Part shown: in pieces, positions 10,334 to 18,261 of the stretch | Numbering within the stretch: the stretch's first letter is position 1 | Layout: every line of letters begins with the position of its first letter | Origin: Raphidiopsis brookii D9 | Lineage (GTDB): Bacteria > Cyanobacteriota > Cyanobacteriia > Cyanobacteriales > Nostocaceae | Direction of reading: 5' to 3' | DNA: 32,000 nt | NCBI GenBank assembly: GCA_000175855.1 | Contig: ACYB01000046.1 | Location: 30,001 to 62,000 of the forward strand | Notes under the pieces: generated by a model | Databases searched by the model: none | Told to the model about the DNA's origin: nothing | The model's input: only the letters and a program-made list of their open reading frames with translations | Program-made: the position numbers and the translations under genes

Positions 10334-11102
10334 CGTTTAGTCGTTTTGTTAAAATGTTCATCAGGGCGATCGCTCCGGATGGAGTAATGTTAAAATAGAT
10401 TTTTGCTATTTTTTTAGAATGATAATTTATATGATGGTTATGGCTATGAGACGGATGTTGCTGATTACAGTTGCCAATTGCTATGTAACAACCATTTTGC
10501 AGTCGGTTCTTTGGCATCCAAATCCCTATTAAATCACCGGGAGTAGGAGATCGGTCGGACTTGAGATAACATTCTGGTTCTACATACAGTGTAAGATTAT
10601 TTTTCATCACGGCCATAGTCCCGTCCGGTTCTATTCTTAATACCTCCCAATCAGCATCATAGTTACCTATACCGTGATTATTTTCATGTAGTTGTTGGTA
10701 AAAATTTCGGTCAACACCTAATTTATAATTTGGTTCTAATCCGTTGGTTAGTAAATGACTACACTGGTGATTATTTGTAGATAAAATGGGTTGCAATGCC
10801 CCGTTATAATAAATACCATGGAGGAAATTGCGCAGCAATAGGTTTAAATATTTCCGCTGCAAATCCAGTGAATTGTGTCTAAATCTTTGTGCTACCGTAC
10901 TAGGTATGGCAAAGGGTTGATATTGGGGATGTTGAATGGAGAAATCCGCTGAAATCTCAATATTTCTAGCAATATCAAATAGGGACTCAATAACGGACAG
11001 GTGATAATTATCTAGTCGACTTACTGGGGAACTTTGAGAACTACTGATTTGGCTTATTTGGCTATTTACGGGGGAATTATTTACTTGGTAACTACTCAAC
11101 AT
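10314..11102 (-). CDS. Hypothetical protein, tentatively HopA1-effector-family-like
   Basis: 262-aa ORF with an ATG start, a Ser/Gln-rich N-terminus and a His-rich patch (HPSHSHNHHINYH). The family call rests on my recollection of cyanobacterial proteins annotated this way next to phosphotransferases, not on a verified motif. Confidence 0.45.
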   Translation of the reverse strand: MLSSYQVNNSPVNSQISQISSSQSSPVSRLDNYHLSVIESLFDIARNIEISADFSIQHPQYQPFAIPSTVAQRFRHNSLDLQRKYLNLLLRNFLHGIYYNGALQPILSTNNHQCSHLLTNGLEPNYKLGVDRNFYQQLHENNHGIGNYDADWEVLRIEPDGTMAVMKNNLTLYVEPECYLKSDRSPTPGDLIGIWMPKNRLQNGCYIAIGNCNQQHPSHSHNHHINYHSKKIAKIYFNITPSGAIALMNILTKRLNDASIPF

Positions 11103-11236
11103 CTTAATAGACTTGCACCTCCGAAATATAACTCTAATATACTGGCAATTTAGGCTCTAACAGCAAATAGTACATAAAGTTTTAACAAACATCTATAGGA
11201 TAGGATTAACAATCCTTAACATAATCACTAATGGGA

Positions 11237-12484
11237 TCAACAACCGCGTAAACGAGTTTTAGGGTAGTAAATTGGTGCTATTTGGCAATTAGTTTCCCGT
11301 CCATTTTTTTTGGTGTAAGTTTTAACTCCTATCACAGATGGCAGAATTTCCTGGGGTGAAGTACCAAAAATGTTTAATAGTGAGTTTTCTGGCATGGTTA
11401 ATAGTTTTTTGCCAACCTCTAACATAGATAAATGAGTTTTGTCAAAATACTTATAGTAGTTGATGCATTTTTGAATATAATGGATAAGTGCCAATCCTGT
11501 AAATTGAACCACCCGGATAATAAACTGTGGGAAGTATTCTAAAACTATGGGAAAGATCTGGAGATAGGTTCGCATAATTGCAATTAGGGAGGGTTGAACC
11601 TTATCCAGGGAAATAAGGGCTAAATGGAGGGATTCTTCTAGGTCTAAACTGGAATCTACCACCAAACTAGAAAGCCATATTTGTAGATAACTAGCGAGTA
11701 GAGTTCCTAAATCAAAAGCGGGATCCCCCCAAGCATATACTCCCCATTGCTTAAATCTGACTAGACAGTCATCTAAATTTTGCCAGCGGGAATGAACCAG
11801 AATATTATCCAGTTGTAAATCATTGTGGGTTAAACAACATGGTTTCCAATGGTATGATAAATCCCCAATGGCCGATTCTAGTTCTTCATACTGTTGATAA
11901 ATCGCATGAAATTCCAGTGCTGCTGTGGGAATTTTGCCCAACACCTGCTGGGTAAGGTAGCTTATTCCTTGCACTGGATTGTAATAATTGTAGCGTAACT
12001 CTCCCTCGGGTGCAGTATCTATAAAATCACGGTATTCCCGCTTCTGGAAAGTGGAACGATGTAAACATGCTAATGCACTACCAATAGAAGTGGCAATCTC
12101 TAAGGGGAAAATACTGTGCTTTTTGTAAAACTCCTCTAGTTCCATATACTCGGTCAAAACAGTACAGACCAGGATAGAGTTTTCCGCATCAAAGTGTAAT
12201 AGTAAAGATGCGATCGCCGGAATATTACTAAGAAGGGGAAATTGTAATAGTAATTGGTGAAAAACCCACTCGTTCCAGGACTGGTGGTTACTGGGATATT
12301 CCTCATGAGGAGTTTCTTGTTTAATTATAATTTGGCGGTTACCAGAGAGTTTCACCAAGAAAATATGGTTATCAATAGTAGTTTGATGTAAATCAGAATC
12401 AGGGGATGGGGAATCTTGTGAACTGAACAGACCTGTGTCATAAAGGTACTGGATCACATTTTCGGAAGACAGTGATATTTTCAT
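11237..12484 (-). CDS. Aminoglycoside-phosphotransferase / protein-kinase-like fold phosphotransferase
   Basis: 415-aa ORF with the catalytic loop HNDLQLDNILV (HxDxxxxN), a downstream WGDPAFDLG segment and a candidate ATP-binding Lys in IIIKQE. The usual metal-binding Asp is not obvious by eye (the region reads VRFKQWG). Confidence 0.7.
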   Translation of the reverse strand: MKISLSSENVIQYLYDTGLFSSQDSPSPDSDLHQTTIDNHIFLVKLSGNRQIIIKQETPHEEYPSNHQSWNEWVFHQLLLQFPLLSNIPAIASLLLHFDAENSILVCTVLTEYMELEEFYKKHSIFPLEIATSIGSALACLHRSTFQKREYRDFIDTAPEGELRYNYYNPVQGISYLTQQVLGKIPTAALEFHAIYQQYEELESAIGDLSYHWKPCCLTHNDLQLDNILVHSRWQNLDDCLVRFKQWGVYAWGDPAFDLGTLLASYLQIWLSSLVVDSSLDLEESLHLALISLDKVQPSLIAIMRTYLQIFPIVLEYFPQFIIRVVQFTGLALIHYIQKCINYYKYFDKTHLSMLEVGKKLLTMPENSLLNIFGTSPQEILPSVIGVKTYTKKNGRETNCQIAPIYYPKTRLRGC

Positions 12485-12633
12485 GTATAACGTTCCCAGT
12501 TACTTAAATTACCGAGCGGATTGATGTGGAAATTGAGGAGTTTTCCGTTGTGAGGATTAAGTAGATAGCGACAATACACCAACCATTAAATATTGCTGTT
12601 ATCTAGTAATATCTTGTTTATTTAATGAAAACC

Positions 12634-12678
12634 TGCCAATATGGCAAATTTACCTTGATTTGCACTTTAATTGCACTT
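12634..12678. promoter_or_regulatory. Candidate operator motifs in the divergent kinase / P-loop ATPase intergenic region
   Basis: Inverted repeat TGCCA-ATA-TGGCA at 12634..12646. Direct repeat TTGCACTT at 12660..12667 and 12671..12678 (11-bp period). Confidence 0.3.
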
Positions 12679-12805
12679 CAAATTATACGGAAGACCCTAT
12701 AGCCCTGTAAAATATTGACACCGCTGACGATACTAACTCCAGTATACATTGAATTTTTTAGTTTTCATCCCATTCATGGTAAAATATACATATACTGATC
12801 AGCCC

Positions 12806-14134
12806 ATGTCTACCATTAATACTTCATTCCACACCAAAGTCCAATTTTTACAGCGTCAAGCGGCGTCTGTGTTACTTTATCAGTCAGTATTACAAACGGA
12901 AGTAGGAATGGGGTTTCTAGAATTACTCCAAGCCATACGCTACACAGATGGAGATGGACGTAATTGTCTGCAAGCTTATGGCAATTACTTTCATTCTTTA
13001 GCAAGCAGTCAGCAAACTTGGGAAGAATATTTAATTAGACAAATTCTCCTATCAGACAATCCCTTTACTAAACTGGCTCAAAAGCGAGAATTCACTGATT
13101 TACCATCAGCATTAATCGCTGCTGCGCAGCATGATCTACAGATATTACAAAACTTGTATGAGTGTAACTGTGCCCTTTTGAGTGAGTGGGTACAGAATGT
13201 ATGCCATTTACCAGTTTCCCCAGTTGTGTGGTATCAAGAACCCCAACCTCAACAAAGCCAAACAGTAATACTTCAAGACTTAATGATCACTTGGCAACAG
13301 TTAGAAAACTGGGGTGATATTATTAGGGATCTGGTAACCTATTATCAACACCAGGGAGGTGGGTTATTTGCCCAATATCGAGCTTTTAGATGGGAAACTG
13401 GGCAGTTTGTTGGCATACCCTATCCTGATAGGGTTAAACTAGAAACACTGGTAGGTTATGAGGAACAAAAACAAATTCTGTTAAAGAATACCCGGTTTTT
13501 ATTATCAGGACGACCAGCGCTCCATGTATTACTTTATGGTAGTCGTGGTTCTGGAAAGTCCTCCCTAGTAAAATCCCTATTAAATCAGGATGGTTATTAC
13601 AATCTGCGCCTAGTGGAAGTAAGAAAATCAGAGTTGCATAGTTTACCACAAATTGTGGAATATTTACGCGAGTTACCTCAGAAATTTATCATTTTCGTTG
13701 ACGATCTTTCCTTTGAAGAGGATGATGATGTCTTCAAATCACTAAAAGTTGTTTTGGAAGGTGGTTTAACCCCCCGTCCCAATAATGTGGTTGTTTACGC
13801 CACATCTAACCGTCGCCATTTAATCAGGGAGTATTTTACCGACAGACCAAACCCGAAGGATCACCAAGAGATTCATAGTTGGGATACAATGGAGGAGAAA
13901 CTTTCTTTTGCAGATCGTTTTGGTTTAACACTAACCTTTGAAGCTGCTGATCAGAGAACCTATTTACAAATAGTCCATCACTTAGCAGCAGAAACGGGTA
14001 TGAATTTAACCAGGGAAGATTTGGAATTTCAAGCTCTCCAATGGGCAACCCGTCATAATGGGCGTTCCGGTCGTACAGCACGACAGTTTATTGACTTCCT
14101 ACAAGCCGATTCAAATGACAATAACAACTACTAA
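12806..14134 (+). CDS. P-loop ATPase (AAA-like, DUF815-type) with an N-terminal extension of about 230 aa
   Basis: Walker A YGSRGSGKSSL and Walker B FIIFVDDLSFEE. The track ORF begins at 12749 with TTG. In-frame ATGs occur at 12776 and 12806, so the start is uncertain. Confidence 0.75.
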   Translation: MSTINTSFHTKVQFLQRQAASVLLYQSVLQTEVGMGFLELLQAIRYTDGDGRNCLQAYGNYFHSLASSQQTWEEYLIRQILLSDNPFTKLAQKREFTDLPSALIAAAQHDLQILQNLYECNCALLSEWVQNVCHLPVSPVVWYQEPQPQQSQTVILQDLMITWQQLENWGDIIRDLVTYYQHQGGGLFAQYRAFRWETGQFVGIPYPDRVKLETLVGYEEQKQILLKNTRFLLSGRPALHVLLYGSRGSGKSSLVKSLLNQDGYYNLRLVEVRKSELHSLPQIVEYLRELPQKFIIFVDDLSFEEDDDVFKSLKVVLEGGLTPRPNNVVVYATSNRRHLIREYFTDRPNPKDHQEIHSWDTMEEKLSFADRFGLTLTFEAADQRTYLQIVHHLAAETGMNLTREDLEFQALQWATRHNGRSGRTARQFIDFLQADSNDNNNY

Positions 14135-15125
14135 TTCTCACCAAATAACTACAGTTAAAATCAGCAAGATACCATCAGTTATAGTTAGTAATAGACTGGT
14201 TATAGGTGTACTATCGTTCAGTATAAGTTTTGGTTTAAGTATTGTTCCCCAATGGAATTTTAGTCATGCTTTGATTAGTGCTATCATTACTGTCATTGCC
14301 ACCTATACAGCCGCCTTATTCGCTGACAAGCGACGAAGAAATCATGAATTAATGGTTTTAAATTCCCTCTACCCTAAAATCAGGGAAATGGAGCAGTTGA
14401 AATATCGTATTGTCAGAGAAATCGAACAATTAGAACAACATAGAGTTTTAGCATATACAGAATCAAAACAACTAGAAAATCAAATACTAGATTGCCGTAA
14501 TAAGAGAGATACTATTCACCGGGAGATAGGTAACTATGCTGCGGAAAAAAGGCAATTAGAGTTGGAAATTGGCACGATGGAAGGAACCATGGGTGAGCTA
14601 CAAAACAGTAGGCAAGAATTGCATAAATCTTGTATAGATCTAACAGCTGAGAAGCGTCGTCTGGATATTAATTGTCAGGTTTTACGGTCAGAAATTGGCC
14701 AGCTACAATCTCAAATAGCAATTTATAAACAAGAGAAAGAGGAACTAGAAAGCAACCTGGTTCTTTCCCAGAGACTTAAACCTCAACTAGAAGAGAAGCT
14801 CCATGAACTGAGAACAGAAAGTCAAGATTTAGAGAACCAGGTATTGACACAAAAGAACCTATTACAGGAAGCTATAGAAACTGAGCAGGGTTTACAAGCC
14901 AAAATGGTTGACCTACAACACCACAAACAAAAGCAAGAAACAGAAGTGAGTCAATTACAAAATCGAATTTCCTTACTCAGGGATGAACATGACCTATTGC
15001 AAAACCAAGTTTGGGAATTATTGCAAAACCTGGAAACCCTAGCTCCACAAAGTACTCTTGCAGATGATGAAGATAACAACGGGGAAAATAATGTTGAGTT
15101 GTTCCCCTTTGATGATTTACTATAG
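14115..15125 (+). CDS. Membrane-anchored coiled-coil protein of unknown function
   Basis: Two predicted TM helices (VIGVLSFSISFGLSIV and ALISAIITVIATYTAALFA). These are followed by about 250 aa of heptad-like Glu/Gln/Leu/Lys-rich sequence and an acidic tail DDEDNNGENNVELFPFDDLL. The ATG at 14115 overlaps the upstream stop by 20 nt; an alternative ATG is at 14058. Confidence 0.65.
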   Translation: MTITTTNSHQITTVKISKIPSVIVSNRLVIGVLSFSISFGLSIVPQWNFSHALISAIITVIATYTAALFADKRRRNHELMVLNSLYPKIREMEQLKYRIVREIEQLEQHRVLAYTESKQLENQILDCRNKRDTIHREIGNYAAEKRQLELEIGTMEGTMGELQNSRQELHKSCIDLTAEKRRLDINCQVLRSEIGQLQSQIAIYKQEKEELESNLVLSQRLKPQLEEKLHELRTESQDLENQVLTQKNLLQEAIETEQGLQAKMVDLQHHKQKQETEVSQLQNRISLLRDEHDLLQNQVWELLQNLETLAPQSTLADDEDNNGENNVELFPFDDLL

Positions 15126-15169
15126 TTACTTGCAGTTAAACCTCTCCCACTTCTAAACTCGTCAAAACT

Positions 15170-15853
15170 ATGAATGCAACTGATGACAAAACAATAGTAC
15201 GTGAATATTTTAATTCTACGGGGTTTGACCGATGGAAACGTATTTATGGTGATGGAGAGGTCAACCGTGTACAATTGGATATTCGTACAGGACATCAACA
15301 AACTGTAGATACGGTTATTACCTGGTTAAGGGATGATCAGAATTTGTCCCAACTCACCATTTGTGATGCTGGATGTGGTGTGGGTAGTTTAAGTATTCCC
15401 CTTGCTGTGGAAGGAGCTAAAGTTTACGCCAGCGATATTTCCGCAAAAATGGTTGCAGAAGCTCAGGACAGAGCTGTAATTTCTTTGAAAAATACTGCCA
15501 ACCCTACCTTCACTGTTCAAGACTTAGAATCTTTAACTGGCAACTATCATACGGTAATATGTTTGGACGTGCTAATTCACTATCCCCAAGAAAAAGCAGA
15601 TGAGATGATATCCCATTTATGTTCCTTAGCGCGATCGCGGGTCATTATCAGTTTTGCTCCCAAAACCTTTTGGCTGACCATTCTCAAGAAGATAGGTAGT
15701 TTTTTCCCCGGACCGAGTAAAGCGACTCGTGCCTATTTACACCGGGAATCCGATGTAATTAACATCTTAGCAAAAAATGGGTTTCAAATTCAAAGAAAAG
15801 CTATGACCAGAACCAGGTTTTACTTCTCCCAACTGTTGGAAGCAACAAAGTAG
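15170..15853 (+). CDS. chlM: Magnesium-protoporphyrin IX O-methyltransferase
   Basis: 227-aa ORF. The N-terminus (VREYFNSTGFDRWKRIYGDG ... VQLDIRTGHQQTVD) and SAM motif ICDAGCGVGSLS are characteristic of ChlM/BchM. Confidence 0.92.
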   Translation: MNATDDKTIVREYFNSTGFDRWKRIYGDGEVNRVQLDIRTGHQQTVDTVITWLRDDQNLSQLTICDAGCGVGSLSIPLAVEGAKVYASDISAKMVAEAQDRAVISLKNTANPTFTVQDLESLTGNYHTVICLDVLIHYPQEKADEMISHLCSLARSRVIISFAPKTFWLTILKKIGSFFPGPSKATRAYLHRESDVINILAKNGFQIQRKAMTRTRFYFSQLLEATK

Positions 15854-15903
15854 GTTTTTAACCTGCTAATAAACTACTAAATGGAATAAATTGTTAAACT
15901 ATT

Positions 15904-16675
15904 ATGTCTATTACGTCCTCAGATGCGAAAATAGCAGTTGAATTTCGAGATGTGAGTTTTGAGATTAATCACCGTCTTTTAGTATCTAAACTCAATCTTC
16001 AAATTAATCAGGGGGAAGCGCTGATCTTACTGGGACGCAGTGGTAGTGGCAAAACTACTACCCTAAAACTAATTAATCATTTACTTAAACCCACTCAAGG
16101 GGAAGTTTCTGTCCAAGGTCTTTCCACAAATGACTGGGATGTGATTAAACTTAGAAGAAGTATAGGTTATGTGATTCAAGAAACAGGTTTGTTCCCCCAT
16201 TTTAACGTGGCTGAAAATATTGGAATTGTACCATCTTTAGAAAAATGGCCATCCAAAAAAAATTAAAATCAGAGTCCATGAAATGTTAGATTTAGTGGGG
16301 TTAGAGCCAACTAAATTTGCTGAACGTTACCCCCATCAGTTATCAGGAGGACAAAAACAAAGAATAGGTGTCGCTAGAGCATTAGCAGCAGATCCACCTA
16401 TTTTATTAATGGATGAGCCTTTTGGTGCGCTAGACCCTATCACTCGCTTGGAACTACAACAACAATTTCAGTATTTACAGCGACAGTTGGGGAAAACAGT
16501 TATATTTGTGACTCATGATATTCAAGAGGCGTTCTTTTTGGCATCCAGAATTGGGTTAATGTACGAAGGAAGTCTAGTAGCTTTAGGCACAAAACGAGAA
16601 TTTATTCAATCTCAACATGGGGAAGCAAAAGCTTTTTTTGGCTTGTTTGACTGCTGCGCACCATTGGGAACATAA
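15904..16675 (+). pseudogene. ABC transporter ATP-binding subunit (betaine/osmoprotectant type), split by a 1-nt frameshift in an A8 run
   Basis: ORF 15904..16266 carries Walker A (GRSGSGKTT). ORF 16283..16675, in the +1 frame, carries the ABC signature LSGGQKQR, Walker B ILLMDEPFGALD and the H-loop VTHD. Removing one A from A8 (16255..16262) reads through as ...EKWPSKKIKIRVHEMLDLVGLEP... Confidence 0.85.
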
Positions 16676-16719
16676 TAATTAAATAATTAGGACTTTTCAT
16701 CCCATGTTTTTATCACCTT

Positions 16720-18261
16720 ATGTTTTTACTAAAATATAGTCGGGAAATTCTAATTGGTAGTTGGGAACATTTGATATTAGTGGCCATTGCTATGGTTGTG
16801 GCGATTAGTATTGGTATTCCGTTGGGAATTTATATCACTCGTCAACCAAAACTTGCACCTGGTATTTTAGGTTTAGCTAATGCTATTCAAACCATTCCCA
16901 GTTTAGCCATATTTGGGTTTTTAATTTCTGTGCCTTTTTTGGGAGGAATTGGTAGAAATCCTGCAATAGTTGCCTTAGCTCTTTATGCTTTATTGCCAAT
17001 TATTCGCAATACTTACATTGGGATTAATGGGATTAATCCTGCGATTAAAGAAGCGGGAATTGGTATGGGAATGACGGATAGACAATTGTTATTAAAAGTG
17101 GAAATTCCCTTGGCCTTACCAATTATTTTAGCGGGGGTAAGAGTCGCAACCGTCATATCTGTGGGAATTGCTACTGTTGCTGCTGCTATCGGTGCTGGTG
17201 GTTTAGGAACTTTTATTTTTCGGGGGATTTCTACGGTTAATAATGAGTTGATTTTGGCAGGTGCAATACCTTCTGCTGTAATTGCTCTAGGTGCGGATTT
17301 TTGTTTGGGTTTGTTGGAAACTTATCTCACTCAACGAATAGGTAATAAAGATGGTAGAAAACAAGTTTCCTGGATTTTAGTAATAGTTTTAGGCATAATT
17401 TCGTTGGGGATATCTGGGTTAGTTATCTTTAACTGGCAATTTACATCTACAACACCAACAATTACCATTGGCTCAAAAAACTTTACTGAGCAGGTTATAT
17501 TGGGAGAAATTCTAGCACAACAAATAGAAAATCATACTCAATTAAAGGTAGAGCGTAAGTTTAATTTGGGGGGAACTTTTGTTTGTCACGAAGCAGTAAA
17601 AGCAGGTAAAATCGCTGGTTATGTGGAATATACAGGAACTGCATTTACGGCAATTTTAAAGGAGAAACCAATTACAGATCCGCAAATTGTCTATGAAAAG
17701 ACTAAACAAGTATATCGGGAAAAATATAACTTGATAGTTATGCCATCTTTAGGATTTGAAAACAACTATGCCATAATTATTCGCAGTGAGGATGCCAAAA
17801 AATGGCAAGTTAAAAACCTTTCGGAAATTGCTGCTTATAGTAATCAGTTGAAAGCGGGTTTTAATTATGAATTTTTAGAGCGTGCTGATGGTTATTCTGG
17901 TTTGTCTAAAACATATCGATTACGATTTGCTAATGTTAAGCAAATGGAGTTGGGTATAATGTACCAAGCACTTAAAGAAAAGCAAGTTGATTTAATTGTG
18001 ACTAATTCTACCGATGGTTTGATTCAAGTTTTAAATTTGGTGATTTTAGCAGATGATAAAAAATACTTTCCACCTTATGAAGCTGTCCCAGTCTTTAATC
18101 AACAGATTCTCCAAAAATACCCAGAATTAGCAACTGCTATTAATCGGTTAGGTGGGAAAATTTCTACCGCTCAAATGCAGCGGATGAATTATCAGGTGGA
18201 TAATCAATCTCGTCCTGTCCAGGATGTGGTAAGGGAATGGTTAAAATCCCAAAGTTTATGA
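16720..18261 (+). CDS. Fused ABC permease / substrate-binding protein (OpuA/OpuF/EgtU-like architecture)
   Basis: 513-aa ORF. The N-terminal ~210 aa form a polytopic permease (a run of hydrophobic helices; I did not verify the EAA-loop motif). An additional TM helix follows, then a C-terminal glycine-betaine-type binding domain (IGSKNFTEQVILGEILAQ). Confidence 0.85.
   Translation: MFLLKYSREILIGSWEHLILVAIAMVVAISIGIPLGIYITRQPKLAPGILGLANAIQTIPSLAIFGFLISVPFLGGIGRNPAIVALALYALLPIIRNTYIGINGINPAIKEAGIGMGMTDRQLLLKVEIPLALPIILAGVRVATVISVGIATVAAAIGAGGLGTFIFRGISTVNNELILAGAIPSAVIALGADFCLGLLETYLTQRIGNKDGRKQVSWILVIVLGIISLGISGLVIFNWQFTSTTPTITIGSKNFTEQVILGEILAQQIENHTQLKVERKFNLGGTFVCHEAVKAGKIAGYVEYTGTAFTAILKEKPITDPQIVYEKTKQVYREKYNLIVMPSLGFENNYAIIIRSEDAKKWQVKNLSEIAAYSNQLKAGFNYEFLERADGYSGLSKTYRLRFANVKQMELGIMYQALKEKQVDLIVTNSTDGLIQVLNLVILADDKKYFPPYEAVPVFNQQILQKYPELATAINRLGGKISTAQMQRMNYQVDNQSRPVQDVVREWLKSQSL

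Noticed and set aside
12715-12720. Perfect TTGACA -35 hexamer upstream of the P-loop ATPase gene
   Set aside because: No acceptable -10 hexamer lies at 16-18 bp spacing (TCCAGT/CCAGTA), so I do not call a promoter.
14951-15301. 116-aa minus-strand ORF bridging the coiled-coil gene end and the chlM start
   Set aside because: It is antisense to two supported plus-strand genes and has a Ser/Cys-rich, low-complexity translation.
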